Of a DNA stretch of 64,000 nt, positions 40,352-48,660 are shown piece by piece. The translations under genes were made by a program, and so were the position numbers. Source of the stretch: Frankiaceae bacterium (GTDB lineage: Bacteria; Actinomycetota; Actinomycetes; BP-191); assembly GCA_035556555.1 (NCBI GenBank), contig DATMES010000062.1:1426-65425 (forward strand), read 5' to 3'. How positions within the stretch are numbered: position 1 is the first letter of the stretch; the number at the start of each line of letters is the position of its first letter. The notes beneath the pieces were generated by a model, which was given only the letters and a program-made list of their open reading frames with translations, made no database searches and was not told the origin of the DNA.

Positions 40352-41392
40352 CAGCTGGTTGCGCAGGCTGCGCAAGCTGTTGCCGACGCGTTACCGCGCT
40401 CTTGGCGCATGGATGCGAAGCCCCTCGAAGGGGCTGACCTCCTGGTCACGATCACGTCGCCTGACGATGTCCGGGCGACCGTCGTCATCGAGGCGAAGAA
40501 CACCGTGGAGGCTCCGGACGTCGGACCGATCGTGAAGCGGGCGCGCCGGCTACGGCCGGAGGGCGCTGTGCTCGTCGCGGCGCCGTACCTGTCTCCCCGC
40601 ACCAGGGACCTTCTCACCGAAGCGGGCGCGGGATGGTACGACCACACCGGCAACCTGAGGCTGGCCCTCGATCGCCCCGCGGTGTTCCTCGACCGTACGG
40701 GCGCGTCCCGCAACCCGTTCACCGATCCCGACGACCGGCGGCTGCGCACGCTCGGCGGCCCGGGGGCGGCTCGCGTCGTCCGCGCCCTGCTCGACGGCGA
40801 ACCGCCGTTCGGCGTCAGGGCGCTGGCGGAGGTCGCGGAGGTCGGCGTTGCGACGAGCGCGCGTGTGCTCGACCTGCTTCAGCGCGAGTCTCTCGTCGAC
40901 CGAGACGAGCTTGCCAAGGTGACCGCTGTGCCGAAGCGCTCTCTCGTCCGTCGATGGACCGCCGACTACGGCCTCACGTCGGCGAACGGCGCGCTGCCCA
41001 TGGTGGCCCCGCGCGGCCTCGGCTTCGTCATGGAGCGCCTCAGCGCGTTGCGCGATCGCTACGCGATCACGGCGGAGGACGCGGCGCGGGCTCATCTGCC
41101 CGCGGACGTTCTAGCGGTGGCACAGTCCGCCGTCGTCATCGTCTACGTCGACGACACCGTGCGGGCTCAGGGCGCGCTGGGCCTCGTGCCCGCCGATCGA
41201 GGAGCCAATGTCATCCTGCTCGCGCCGTTCGACGACGTCGTGTACCGCGGCGCGGTCGAACGAGAGGGGCTTCGCTTCGTCGCCGCCAGCCAGATGGTCG
41301 CGGACCTCCTCACCGCGCCGGGCCGGGCTCCCGAGGTCGCGGAACAGATGATGGACGTCCTCGCGGGGGGCGACCCGGGCTGGGCGCGATGA
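40322..41392 (+). CDS. Hypothetical protein (357 aa): N-terminal PD-(D/E)xK-like signature (ADLLVTI...VVIEAK), central winged-HTH (VRALAEVAEVGVATSARVLDLLQRESLV), C-terminal domain of unknown function
   Basis: Coding-like part of tool ORF 39968..41392. Start uncertain (ATG 40322, 40334 or ~40409). Translationally coupled (ATGA) to the next gene. Confidence 0.5.
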   Translation: MVRNMAIRGTQLVAQAAQAVADALPRSWRMDAKPLEGADLLVTITSPDDVRATVVIEAKNTVEAPDVGPIVKRARRLRPEGAVLVAAPYLSPRTRDLLTEAGAGWYDHTGNLRLALDRPAVFLDRTGASRNPFTDPDDRRLRTLGGPGAARVVRALLDGEPPFGVRALAEVAEVGVATSARVLDLLQRESLVDRDELAKVTAVPKRSLVRRWTADYGLTSANGALPMVAPRGLGFVMERLSALRDRYAITAEDAARAHLPADVLAVAQSAVVIVYVDDTVRAQGALGLVPADRGANVILLAPFDDVVYRGAVEREGLRFVAASQMVADLLTAPGRAPEVAEQMMDVLAGGDPGWAR

Positions 41393-42198
41393 ACGCGACA
41401 CCCACTCCTGAGTACGTCGTCGCCCGGTCGGTGCTCCTCGATGCGCTCGCGGCTCTGGGCGTCCATCGCGACGCCGTGGTCCTGGTGGGTGCACAGGCGG
41501 TGTACCTCCACACCGGTGATGCGGACCTCGCCGTGGCACCGACCACGACGGACGCGGACCTCGCGCTCGCGCCCGCGCTGCTGCCCGACGCGCCCCTGCT
41601 CGGTGACGTCATGCGTTCCGCGGGCTTCAAGCCCGGGGCCGATCCCGGCACCTGGACAGGACGGTTCGGGGTCGCGATCGACCTTCTCGTGCCAGAGGCG
41701 CTCAGCGGTCGGGGCGGTCGCCGTGGCGCGCGGCTGCCCGCCCATGGGAACGACGTCGCGCGGCGCGCGCTCGGCCTCGAAGCCGCTGTCGTCGCCAACG
41801 CGCCCCACGAGGTGGGCGCGCTCGCAACCGGTGACAGCAGGCGGTTCACGATCCGCGTGGCCCAGCCGGCGGCGCTCCTCGTTGCCAAGGTCATCAAGAT
41901 CGAGGAACGACGGGCCACTCCCGGCCGCCTGCGGCCCAAGGACGGACTCGACGTGCTGCGGTTGCTGCAGACCTCCGCGACGGACCACCTCGCGGCCGAC
42001 CTCGACCGGCTCGTCGCCGACGATCTCGCCGGTCCGGTGACGCGGATGGCGATGGACGCCCTGCGCGAGCACGGCAGCGACCCGGACGGGCCTGTCACCA
42101 CACTCGCGGTGACGGCCGCGGGCGTCCTCGCGAACCCCGACACGATCCGCGCGTCGGTTCCCGCCCTCGTGGCGGACCTCCTCGCGGCCGTCAGGTGA
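41389..42198 (+). CDS. Nucleotidyltransferase-like protein (270 aa; AbiEii/DUF1814-like pattern)
   Basis: N-terminus LLDALAALGVHRDAVVLVGAQAVYLHTGDADLAVAPTTTDADLAL resembles the NTase hG[GS]x9-13DhD motif and the AbiEii ...LKGGTAL..YG..R.S.D.D consensus. Family-typical K.DG.DVLRLL later in the sequence. By-eye assignment only. Confidence 0.45.
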   Translation: MNATPTPEYVVARSVLLDALAALGVHRDAVVLVGAQAVYLHTGDADLAVAPTTTDADLALAPALLPDAPLLGDVMRSAGFKPGADPGTWTGRFGVAIDLLVPEALSGRGGRRGARLPAHGNDVARRALGLEAAVVANAPHEVGALATGDSRRFTIRVAQPAALLVAKVIKIEERRATPGRLRPKDGLDVLRLLQTSATDHLAADLDRLVADDLAGPVTRMAMDALREHGSDPDGPVTTLAVTAAGVLANPDTIRASVPALVADLLAAVR

Positions 42199-43093
42199 CG
42201 CGGATGTCGCGGCCCGCGTAGCGCGGGCCGAAACGCGGGTGCCGCAGCCCGGAGAGCTCCAGCAGGCGGGTCGCGCGGTAGCGGTGACCGCGTACCGGCT
42301 CCAGCAGCTCCAGCATCCCGTCGTCGTCGGTGCGGTGACCGGCGAGCACCCACCCGACGAACGCCGGCAGGTGCAGGTCTCCCACGGACACCGCGTCCGC
42401 GTCGCCGAGCGCGCGCTGCGCCACCTCCGCGGCGGTCCACGGGCCGATGCCGGGTACGGCGCGCAGCCTCCGCATCGCGTCGTCCGGCGCCATCGCCGTC
42501 GTCTCCTCCAGCCTCGCCGCGACGTGCGCGGCGGCCTGCACGACGGAGGCGCGCTGGCGTTCGACGCCGGCCAGGTGCCAGTCCCACGACGGCAGTCGCT
42601 TCAGCAGGTCGGCACCCGGCGGCACGACGAGCGGCGGCATCCCCTCGGGGCCCGGTGCGGGCGTGCCGAAGCGGCGTACGAGCTGCCGCCACGAACGCCA
42701 CGCCTCGTTGCCCGTCACGCGCTGCTCGATGACCGACGGCACGACCGCGTCGAAGACGAGGCCAGACCGCGGCACGCGGAAGCCCGGATGGCGCGCGTGC
42801 ATGTCACGCAGGAGGGCGTACGGCGGATCCCACCCGTCGAGCGAGTCGCGCGCGCCGACGAGGTCGGGCGCCGACGCGACGAGCCACTCGGCGCCCGGCC
42901 CCCAGGCGTTCACCTCGATCTCGTCGCGGCGCTGGACGAGCCGGATCGTGCCCGGCCCGGACGGCGTCAGGCAGGCGCGCCACACCGCCGCACCGTCGAA
43001 GCGGAAGTGCGGGTCGTACGGCCCCCGGCGCAGCGCCAGCAGCGTGAGGCGGAGGTCCGTCGGCAGCGCCGGGCGGACCGTGGACGTGAGCAC
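42191..43093 (-). CDS. DNA-3-methyladenine glycosylase II (AlkA)/HhH-GPD base-excision repair protein
   Basis: HhH-GPD: LRAVPGIGPWTAAEVAQRALGDADAVSVGDLHL. Confidence 0.7.
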   Translation of the reverse strand: MLTSTVRPALPTDLRLTLLALRRGPYDPHFRFDGAAVWRACLTPSGPGTIRLVQRRDEIEVNAWGPGAEWLVASAPDLVGARDSLDGWDPPYALLRDMHARHPGFRVPRSGLVFDAVVPSVIEQRVTGNEAWRSWRQLVRRFGTPAPGPEGMPPLVVPPGADLLKRLPSWDWHLAGVERQRASVVQAAAHVAARLEETTAMAPDDAMRRLRAVPGIGPWTAAEVAQRALGDADAVSVGDLHLPAFVGWVLAGHRTDDDGMLELLEPVRGHRYRATRLLELSGLRHPRFGPRYAGRDIRVT

Positions 43094-43122
43094 GTGCCCA
43101 CTCCACCACTAGACTCCGCGCC

Positions 43123-43806
43123 GTGGCCAAGCGAACCCCTGAGAACAACCGCCGGAAGCTCATCGAGGAGCAGCGCAAGAAGCAGCGCTCCGGTGAGAAG
43201 CGCGCGACGTACCTCACCGTCGGCATCACGACGTTGCTGGGCATCGCGCTCATCGGCGGTGCCGTCTACTACAGCAACACCGGCGAGAACGCCGACGTGG
43301 CCCTGCGTGCCGTGGGCCTCGCCGCCGACGCCGCCGGGTGCGACGCCGCCAAGGAGGAGCCGATCCCCAAGGAGGCGGAGGACGACGCCGTCAAGCACAC
43401 GCCGAAGAACGGCGACCGCGTCGAGTACGCCATCGCGCCGCCCAGCTCGGGCCGCCACAACCCGACCCCGCTGCCCGTCGGCGCGAAGAAGTTCTACTCG
43501 CGCGAGGACAACCCGGCCTCCGAGCAGGCGGTGCACAACCTCGAGCACGGCTACGTCGTCGTCTGGTACGACAACAAGGCGACCGACGCGCAGATCGACG
43601 TGCTGAAGAAGGCCGCCGACTCGGCGGAGGGCAAGTTCCTCATCGTGCCGTGGGGCCGCCAGGACTTCCCGGACAACAAGCACATCGTCCTGACGTCGTG
43701 GGCGCAGAAGCAGGCCTGCTCCGAGGTGTCGGGCGCGGTCATGCAGGACTTCATCGACAACTTCGGCGGCCAGAAGAGCAAGGCCCCGGAGAAGAACGCC
43801 GTCTAG
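43123..43806 (+). CDS. DUF3105-like membrane-anchored protein
   Basis: N-terminal TM; motif AVHNLEHGYVVVWY. Confidence 0.55.
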   Translation: MAKRTPENNRRKLIEEQRKKQRSGEKRATYLTVGITTLLGIALIGGAVYYSNTGENADVALRAVGLAADAAGCDAAKEEPIPKEAEDDAVKHTPKNGDRVEYAIAPPSSGRHNPTPLPVGAKKFYSREDNPASEQAVHNLEHGYVVVWYDNKATDAQIDVLKKAADSAEGKFLIVPWGRQDFPDNKHIVLTSWAQKQACSEVSGAVMQDFIDNFGGQKSKAPEKNAV

Positions 43807-43870
43807 CGGCACTTCACGTCACCGACGCGGCGGCGCGGCCCCAGCGGGGCCCGCCGCCGCTGTCATGTGC

Positions 43871-44213
43871 GCAACCGGGAGCCTTTTCCATCCTGGCTCG
43901 CGCTGGGCCTGGATCGTGCTGGGCAGGAGCCCCTTCGGCGCTCGACCACCACCAGAACGACGGTCAACCCCGGACGAGCGGCGCCCGCGCACCCGCGCCG
44001 GCCCAACCCTGCAGCCCAGCAGCCGGTCTCACGCGTAGTTATCTTCAAAGAACGACTATGCCGGCGCCAACCACGCCGTCAGGATGGAAAAGGCTCCGGG
44101 TTGCGGCTCGTGCGGCGGAAAAACGCAGAACGCACCCCGAACGCCGCCCTGCCACCCCGCGAAACGATCACCCATACCGGCCTTTCGCGCGCACGGCGAG
44201 GACACAGGTGATC
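43871..44213. repeat. Composite repeat region: 27-bp terminal inverted repeats (43871-43897 cgcaaccgggagccttttccatcctgg / 44073-44099 ccaggatggaaaaggctccgggttgcg) enclosing a 33-bp T-element copy (44023-44055), followed by ~55-bp module (44095-44147) and GGTGATC hairpin (44166-44213)
   Basis: All sub-elements match copies elsewhere in the window (see the findings). Produces only spurious short ORFs. Confidence 0.6.
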
Positions 44214-44240
44214 ATCCGGGGGTGCGGGAGGGCGGGCGTG

Positions 44241-45302
44241 TCACAGGTCCGAGGAGAAGCGGACCGCGGCGTCGCCGATGACGACGTCCGGCCAGATGCG
44301 CGCGCCGTCCACGAGCTCGTTCCCTGTGCCGATCAACGCGCCGTCGCCGACGACCACGCCGGTCAGCACCGACCCCTCGCCGACGGTCGCGCCGCGCCCG
44401 ACGACGCTGTCGCAGACCCGCGCGCCCGGCCCCACGACGGCACCGTCGAACACCACGCTGCCGTCGACGTACGCCCCCGCCCCGACGGTCACGTCGCGGC
44501 CGACGGTCGTGCCGTTCGTCAGCACCGCGTCGGGCGCGACCGTGGCCCCCGGCAGCACCAGGCACTGGCCCGGCTCGCCGGGCAGAGCGGCCGAGGCCAC
44601 CTTCCCGAGAACGAGGTCGCACGACCCGCGCACGAACGCCGCCGGCGTACCCAGGTCCAGCCAGTACGACAGGTCGACGTGCCCGTAGACCTTGGCGCCG
44701 CCGGCCAGCAGCGCCGGGAACGTCTCGCGCTCCACCGACACCGGCCGCCCGGCGGGGATCGCGTCCAGGACAGCGGGCGAGAAGACGTAGCAGCCCGCGT
44801 TGATCCGGTTGGTCACGGGCTCCGGCATCTTCTCGAGGAACGCCGTCACCCACCCCTCGTCGTCGCTCGGCACGCAGCCGAACGCCCGCGCGTCCGGCAC
44901 CTCCGTCAGATACAAGGTCACGTCGGCATGCCGGCGACGGTGCTCCGACACCAGCGAGGTCACGTCGAGACCGGAGAGCACGTCGCCGTTGAACACGAGG
45001 AAGTCGTCACCGCGCAGGTGCTGCGCGACGTTGCGGATGCCGCCGCCGGTGCCGAGCGGCTCGGCCTCGGTGACGTACGTGATCTTCAGCCCCAGGTCAC
45101 CGCCGTCGCCGAAGTGCCCCTCGAACACCTCCGGGCGGTACGCCGTCGAGAGGATCGCGTGGTCGACACCGGCGTCGCGCGCGCGGACCAGCAGGTGCGT
45201 GAGGAACGGCACGCCGGCCGTCGGCAGCATCGGCTTCGGCGTCGTGATGGTCAGCGGCCGCAGCCGCGTCCCCTTGCCACCCACCAGTACGACAGCGTCC
45301 AC
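44241..45302 (-). CDS. manC: Mannose-1-phosphate guanylyltransferase (GDP-mannose pyrophosphorylase) with C-terminal left-handed beta-helix
   Basis: MDAVVLVGGKGTRLRPLT..PKPMLP (NDP-sugar pyrophosphorylase G-loop). Hexapeptide repeats at the C-terminus. Confidence 0.85.
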   Translation of the reverse strand: MDAVVLVGGKGTRLRPLTITTPKPMLPTAGVPFLTHLLVRARDAGVDHAILSTAYRPEVFEGHFGDGGDLGLKITYVTEAEPLGTGGGIRNVAQHLRGDDFLVFNGDVLSGLDVTSLVSEHRRRHADVTLYLTEVPDARAFGCVPSDDEGWVTAFLEKMPEPVTNRINAGCYVFSPAVLDAIPAGRPVSVERETFPALLAGGAKVYGHVDLSYWLDLGTPAAFVRGSCDLVLGKVASAALPGEPGQCLVLPGATVAPDAVLTNGTTVGRDVTVGAGAYVDGSVVFDGAVVGPGARVCDSVVGRGATVGEGSVLTGVVVGDGALIGTGNELVDGARIWPDVVIGDAAVRFSSDL

Positions 45303-46234
45303 TAGTCGCCCCTCCCCAGGACCTCACCCGAGCGCGTCGGCCGAGCGCCCTCCCCCAGGCCGCGGACCAGCAACGAGAGACGGTAGCGGGCCGCGAGCCC
45401 CGCGCGCAGGGCAACGCGGACGAGCAGCCAGCGCGGGCCCGCGTACTGGCCCGCCAGGTACCGGTACGCGCTCCTGTGGTGCGCCCGCAGCATGGCGTTG
45501 CGGTTGCGGCTGGTGGAGTGCGCGCCGGTGTGCTCGACGACGGCCGTGGGGACGTACACCGACTCCCACCCCGCGTCGGCGAGGCGGCGGCAGAGGTCGA
45601 GGTCCTCGAAGTACATGAAGTAGCCCGGGTCGAAGCCCCCCACCTCGTCGAACGCGCTGCGCCGCAGCAGCATGCACGACCCCGACAGCCAGCCCGCGCG
45701 ACCCTCGACGGGGCCGCCGGACTCCTGGCGGTACGAGCGCGTCCACGGGTTGGCCGGCCACCACCAGCCGAGCAGCGCGTGGCCGACGCCGCGGCCCAGC
45801 GTCGGGAACGCCCGCGCCGACGGGTAGAGGTCGCCCCGCGGCGTGAGGATCGCGGGCCCGAACGCGCCGCCGCGCGGCCAGCGCTCCGCCGCGTCGAGCA
45901 GGGTGTCGAGCGCGCCCTTGTGCCACGTGATGTCGGGGTTGGCGACGACCAGCCACGGCTCGTCGCCTGAGCTGGCAGCGGCGCTCGCGCCGGTGCCAGC
46001 GAGCAATCCCGCACCGACGTTGGCACCGCCGCCGTAGCCGAGGTTGCCGCCGGTGGGCAGCAGCTCGACGCCTGGGCGCTCTGCCGCCGCCTCGGGCGCG
46101 CCGTCCGTGGAGCCGTTGTCCGCCAGCACGACCCGGACGTGGCGGGAGGTGGCGTCGCCGAGCGAGTCGAGGAACGCCGCCAGGGACTCGCCGGGCGAGT
46201 ACGTGACGACGACGACCCGGACCGCTCCGCTCAC
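45302..46234 (-). CDS. wbbL: GT2 glycosyltransferase, WbbL-like (dTDP-rhamnosyl transferase family)
   Basis: VVVVTYSPGESLAAFLDSL...ADNGSTDG...NLGYGGGAN, DxD-type YFEDLDLC. Position next to manC as in mycobacteria. Confidence 0.65.
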   Translation of the reverse strand: MSGAVRVVVVTYSPGESLAAFLDSLGDATSRHVRVVLADNGSTDGAPEAAAERPGVELLPTGGNLGYGGGANVGAGLLAGTGASAAASSGDEPWLVVANPDITWHKGALDTLLDAAERWPRGGAFGPAILTPRGDLYPSARAFPTLGRGVGHALLGWWWPANPWTRSYRQESGGPVEGRAGWLSGSCMLLRRSAFDEVGGFDPGYFMYFEDLDLCRRLADAGWESVYVPTAVVEHTGAHSTSRNRNAMLRAHHRSAYRYLAGQYAGPRWLLVRVALRAGLAARYRLSLLVRGLGEGARPTRSGEVLGRGD

Positions 46235-47364
46235 TCGGGTGAGACGGCGCGGGCGTACGACGCCAGGTGCGCCTCGGCGCTCGCCGCCCAGGTGAACTCC
46301 TTGCTGCGCGCGAAGCCCGCCTCGCCGAGCCGCGCGCGGCGGTCGGGGTCGTCGAGCAGCGAACGCAGCGCGGCCGCGATGGAGGCGACGTCGGGCTCGG
46401 TGTACGCCACGGCGTCACCACCGACCTCGGGGAGCGACAGGCGCGGGGTCGTGAGGACCGGCGCGCCGCAGGCCATGGCCTCGAGCACCGGCAGGCCGAA
46501 GCCCTCGCCGTGCGACGGGTACGCCACCACGAGCGCCCCGCCGAGGAACGCCGGCAGGTCGCGGATCGGCAGGTAGCCGGGGCGCAGGCAGCGCAGGTGC
46601 GAGGGGACCTCGTGGACGGCGGCGTCGACGTCCTCGTCCCAGCCCGCGGCGCCGCCGAGCACGAGCGCCGGCGGGTCGTCGCGGCCGTCGCAGACGTCGA
46701 TCCACGCGCGGACCAGCGAGGGAACGTTCTTGCGGGGCTCGAGCATGCCGAGGAACGCGACGTACCCGCTGGTGTCGGAGAGTCCGAGGCGGCCTCGGAC
46801 GCGGTTGCGCTCGTCCTGCGTCGGGCGGTGGAACATCGCCGTGTCGACCCCGTGGTACGCCACGTCGAGGCGCGTCGGGTCGGCGTCGACCACGCGGATC
46901 ATCTCGTCGCGCGTCGCCTTGGACGGCACGATGCAGCGGGCGGCACGGCGTACGGCGGTGCGGATCGCCGAGCGGAAGAACGACCCCTTCACCGCCGTGT
47001 GCAGCTCCGGCTCGGTGAAGAACGTCGCGTCGTGCAGCGTGACCACGACGGGGCGCCCGGCGCGCAGCGGCAGCGTGTAGTGCGGCGAGTGGATGACGTC
47101 GGCCTGGACCTGCTGCGCGACCAGGGGAAGCCCGGTCTGCTCCCACGCGAGGCGGGCAGGGCGGTGGCTGATGGCGGCGGGGCCGGCGACGATGCGCGCG
47201 CTCGGCGCGGAACGGCCGTAGCGGTCGGCGTCGGCGCGCTGGCAGACGATCGCGAGGTCCGCGTCGGCGGCGTCGAGAGCGGCGATCAACCCGTCCACGT
47301 AACGCCCGACTCCGCCGCGGTCCGCTGGTACGGCCGTGGCGTCGACGAGCACGCGCGGTGCCAC
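46231..47364 (-). CDS. GT4 (GT-B fold) glycosyltransferase
   Basis: C-terminal E(x7)E region ...GEGFGLPVLEAMACGAPVLTT.... Confidence 0.8.
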   Translation of the reverse strand: MAPRVLVDATAVPADRGGVGRYVDGLIAALDAADADLAIVCQRADADRYGRSAPSARIVAGPAAISHRPARLAWEQTGLPLVAQQVQADVIHSPHYTLPLRAGRPVVVTLHDATFFTEPELHTAVKGSFFRSAIRTAVRRAARCIVPSKATRDEMIRVVDADPTRLDVAYHGVDTAMFHRPTQDERNRVRGRLGLSDTSGYVAFLGMLEPRKNVPSLVRAWIDVCDGRDDPPALVLGGAAGWDEDVDAAVHEVPSHLRCLRPGYLPIRDLPAFLGGALVVAYPSHGEGFGLPVLEAMACGAPVLTTPRLSLPEVGGDAVAYTEPDVASIAAALRSLLDDPDRRARLGEAGFARSKEFTWAASAEAHLASYARAVSPE

Positions 47365-47471
47365 TCTGGGTGCTGCTCCTCTTCGTCCGTGTCTGCCTAC
47401 TCGCTCAGCGTAGTCCCCGTTCCTGGGTATCGCGTCGCTTTCGGTCTTCGCCCGCCCGCGCCGGTCTAAAC

Positions 47472-47528
47472 GATCACCTGTGTCCCCTCACCGGCCATTC
47501 CCCCGCACGGCCGGGGACACAGGTGATC
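47472..47528. repeat. GGTGATC hairpin copy D: perfect 16-bp arms gatcacctgtgtcccc / ggggacacaggtgatc, 25-nt loop
   Basis: Read directly. Lies between two same-strand GT4 genes. Confidence 0.65.
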
Positions 47529-47565
47529 TTTTCGGCCGGAGAACGGCGGGGGGCGACGGCGGGCG

Positions 47566-48657
47566 CTACAGCACCTCGCGGTAGACGGCCCAGGTCTCCT
47601 CGGCGGTGGCGCGCCAGGTGAGGGCGTGCGCGCGTTCGGTGCCGGCCTTCGCGAGCCGCGTACGCAGCTCGGTGTCGCCCGCCACCGACGCCATCGCCTC
47701 GGCGAGCCACACGACGTCGTCGACCGGCGTGATGAGCGCGGCCCCGTCGGTCACCTCCACCAGCGCGGGCGCGTCGGAGCAGATCACCGGTACGCCCGCG
47801 TGCATCGCCTCCACGACCGGCAGCCCGAACCCCTCCGCCCGCGACGGCGCGACCAGCGCGAGACCCCCGGCGAGCACGGCCGCGAGGTCGGAGTCGGACG
47901 TACGTCCCAGCGCCAGCACCTGCCCGTCGCGCAGCCCGAGCGACGCCGCCGTCGCGTCGAGGTCGACACCGCCCCAGCCCGGTTGCCCCACGACCACCAG
48001 CGGCACGTCCGGCGACGCCGTCTCCGCCAGCGCGCCGAGCGCCACGTCGAGGCCCTTGCGCGGCTCCAGGGTGGCGACCGTCACGAAGTACGTCTCCGGC
48101 ACGCCCAGCTTCTTGCGCCGCGCCGCCGCGTCGAGGGGCACCACCAGCGCGTCCGACCCCTCGAACACCACCCGCACCCGGTCCCCCAGGTCGAGGAACT
48201 CCCGCAGGTCGTCCGCCACCGCCTGCGTCGGCACGATGACCGCGTCCGCCGACGCCGCGACGCGCAACGCCATCCGCCGGTGCCAGGCGACACCGCGCTG
48301 CGTCAGCGTCTCGGGGTGCGTCCACGGCACGGCGTCGTGGATCGTCACGACGAGAGGGCAGCCGCGCGACGGCGGCGCGAGCAGCGTCGGCGCGTGCACC
48401 ACGTCGGCCTTCGGGGTCGGCCCTACGCCGCGTTCCCAGGCCGCGATCAGTGCTCTACGGCCCAGCGGCAGCCGGTGCGGCCCGCCCACGCCATCGATGA
48501 CGGCGGCGGTCGTGGAGCCGTGCAGCGCCGTCCAGCCCTCGACCGAGTCCCCAGGGGACGCCGTCTCGGCGAGCGCCGAGCCGAGGCAGCGCGTGTACCG
48601 CGCCGTGCCGCCGGGCACCGGCGCGAGGCACTGCTCGACCAGGAACCCGAGGCGCAT
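47566..48657 (-). CDS. GT4 (GT-B fold) glycosyltransferase
   Basis: ...AEGFGLPVVEAMHAGVPVICSD.... Confidence 0.8.
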   Translation of the reverse strand: MRLGFLVEQCLAPVPGGTARYTRCLGSALAETASPGDSVEGWTALHGSTTAAVIDGVGGPHRLPLGRRALIAAWERGVGPTPKADVVHAPTLLAPPSRGCPLVVTIHDAVPWTHPETLTQRGVAWHRRMALRVAASADAVIVPTQAVADDLREFLDLGDRVRVVFEGSDALVVPLDAAARRKKLGVPETYFVTVATLEPRKGLDVALGALAETASPDVPLVVVGQPGWGGVDLDATAASLGLRDGQVLALGRTSDSDLAAVLAGGLALVAPSRAEGFGLPVVEAMHAGVPVICSDAPALVEVTDGAALITPVDDVVWLAEAMASVAGDTELRTRLAKAGTERAHALTWRATAEETWAVYREVL

Positions 48658-48660
48658 GGA

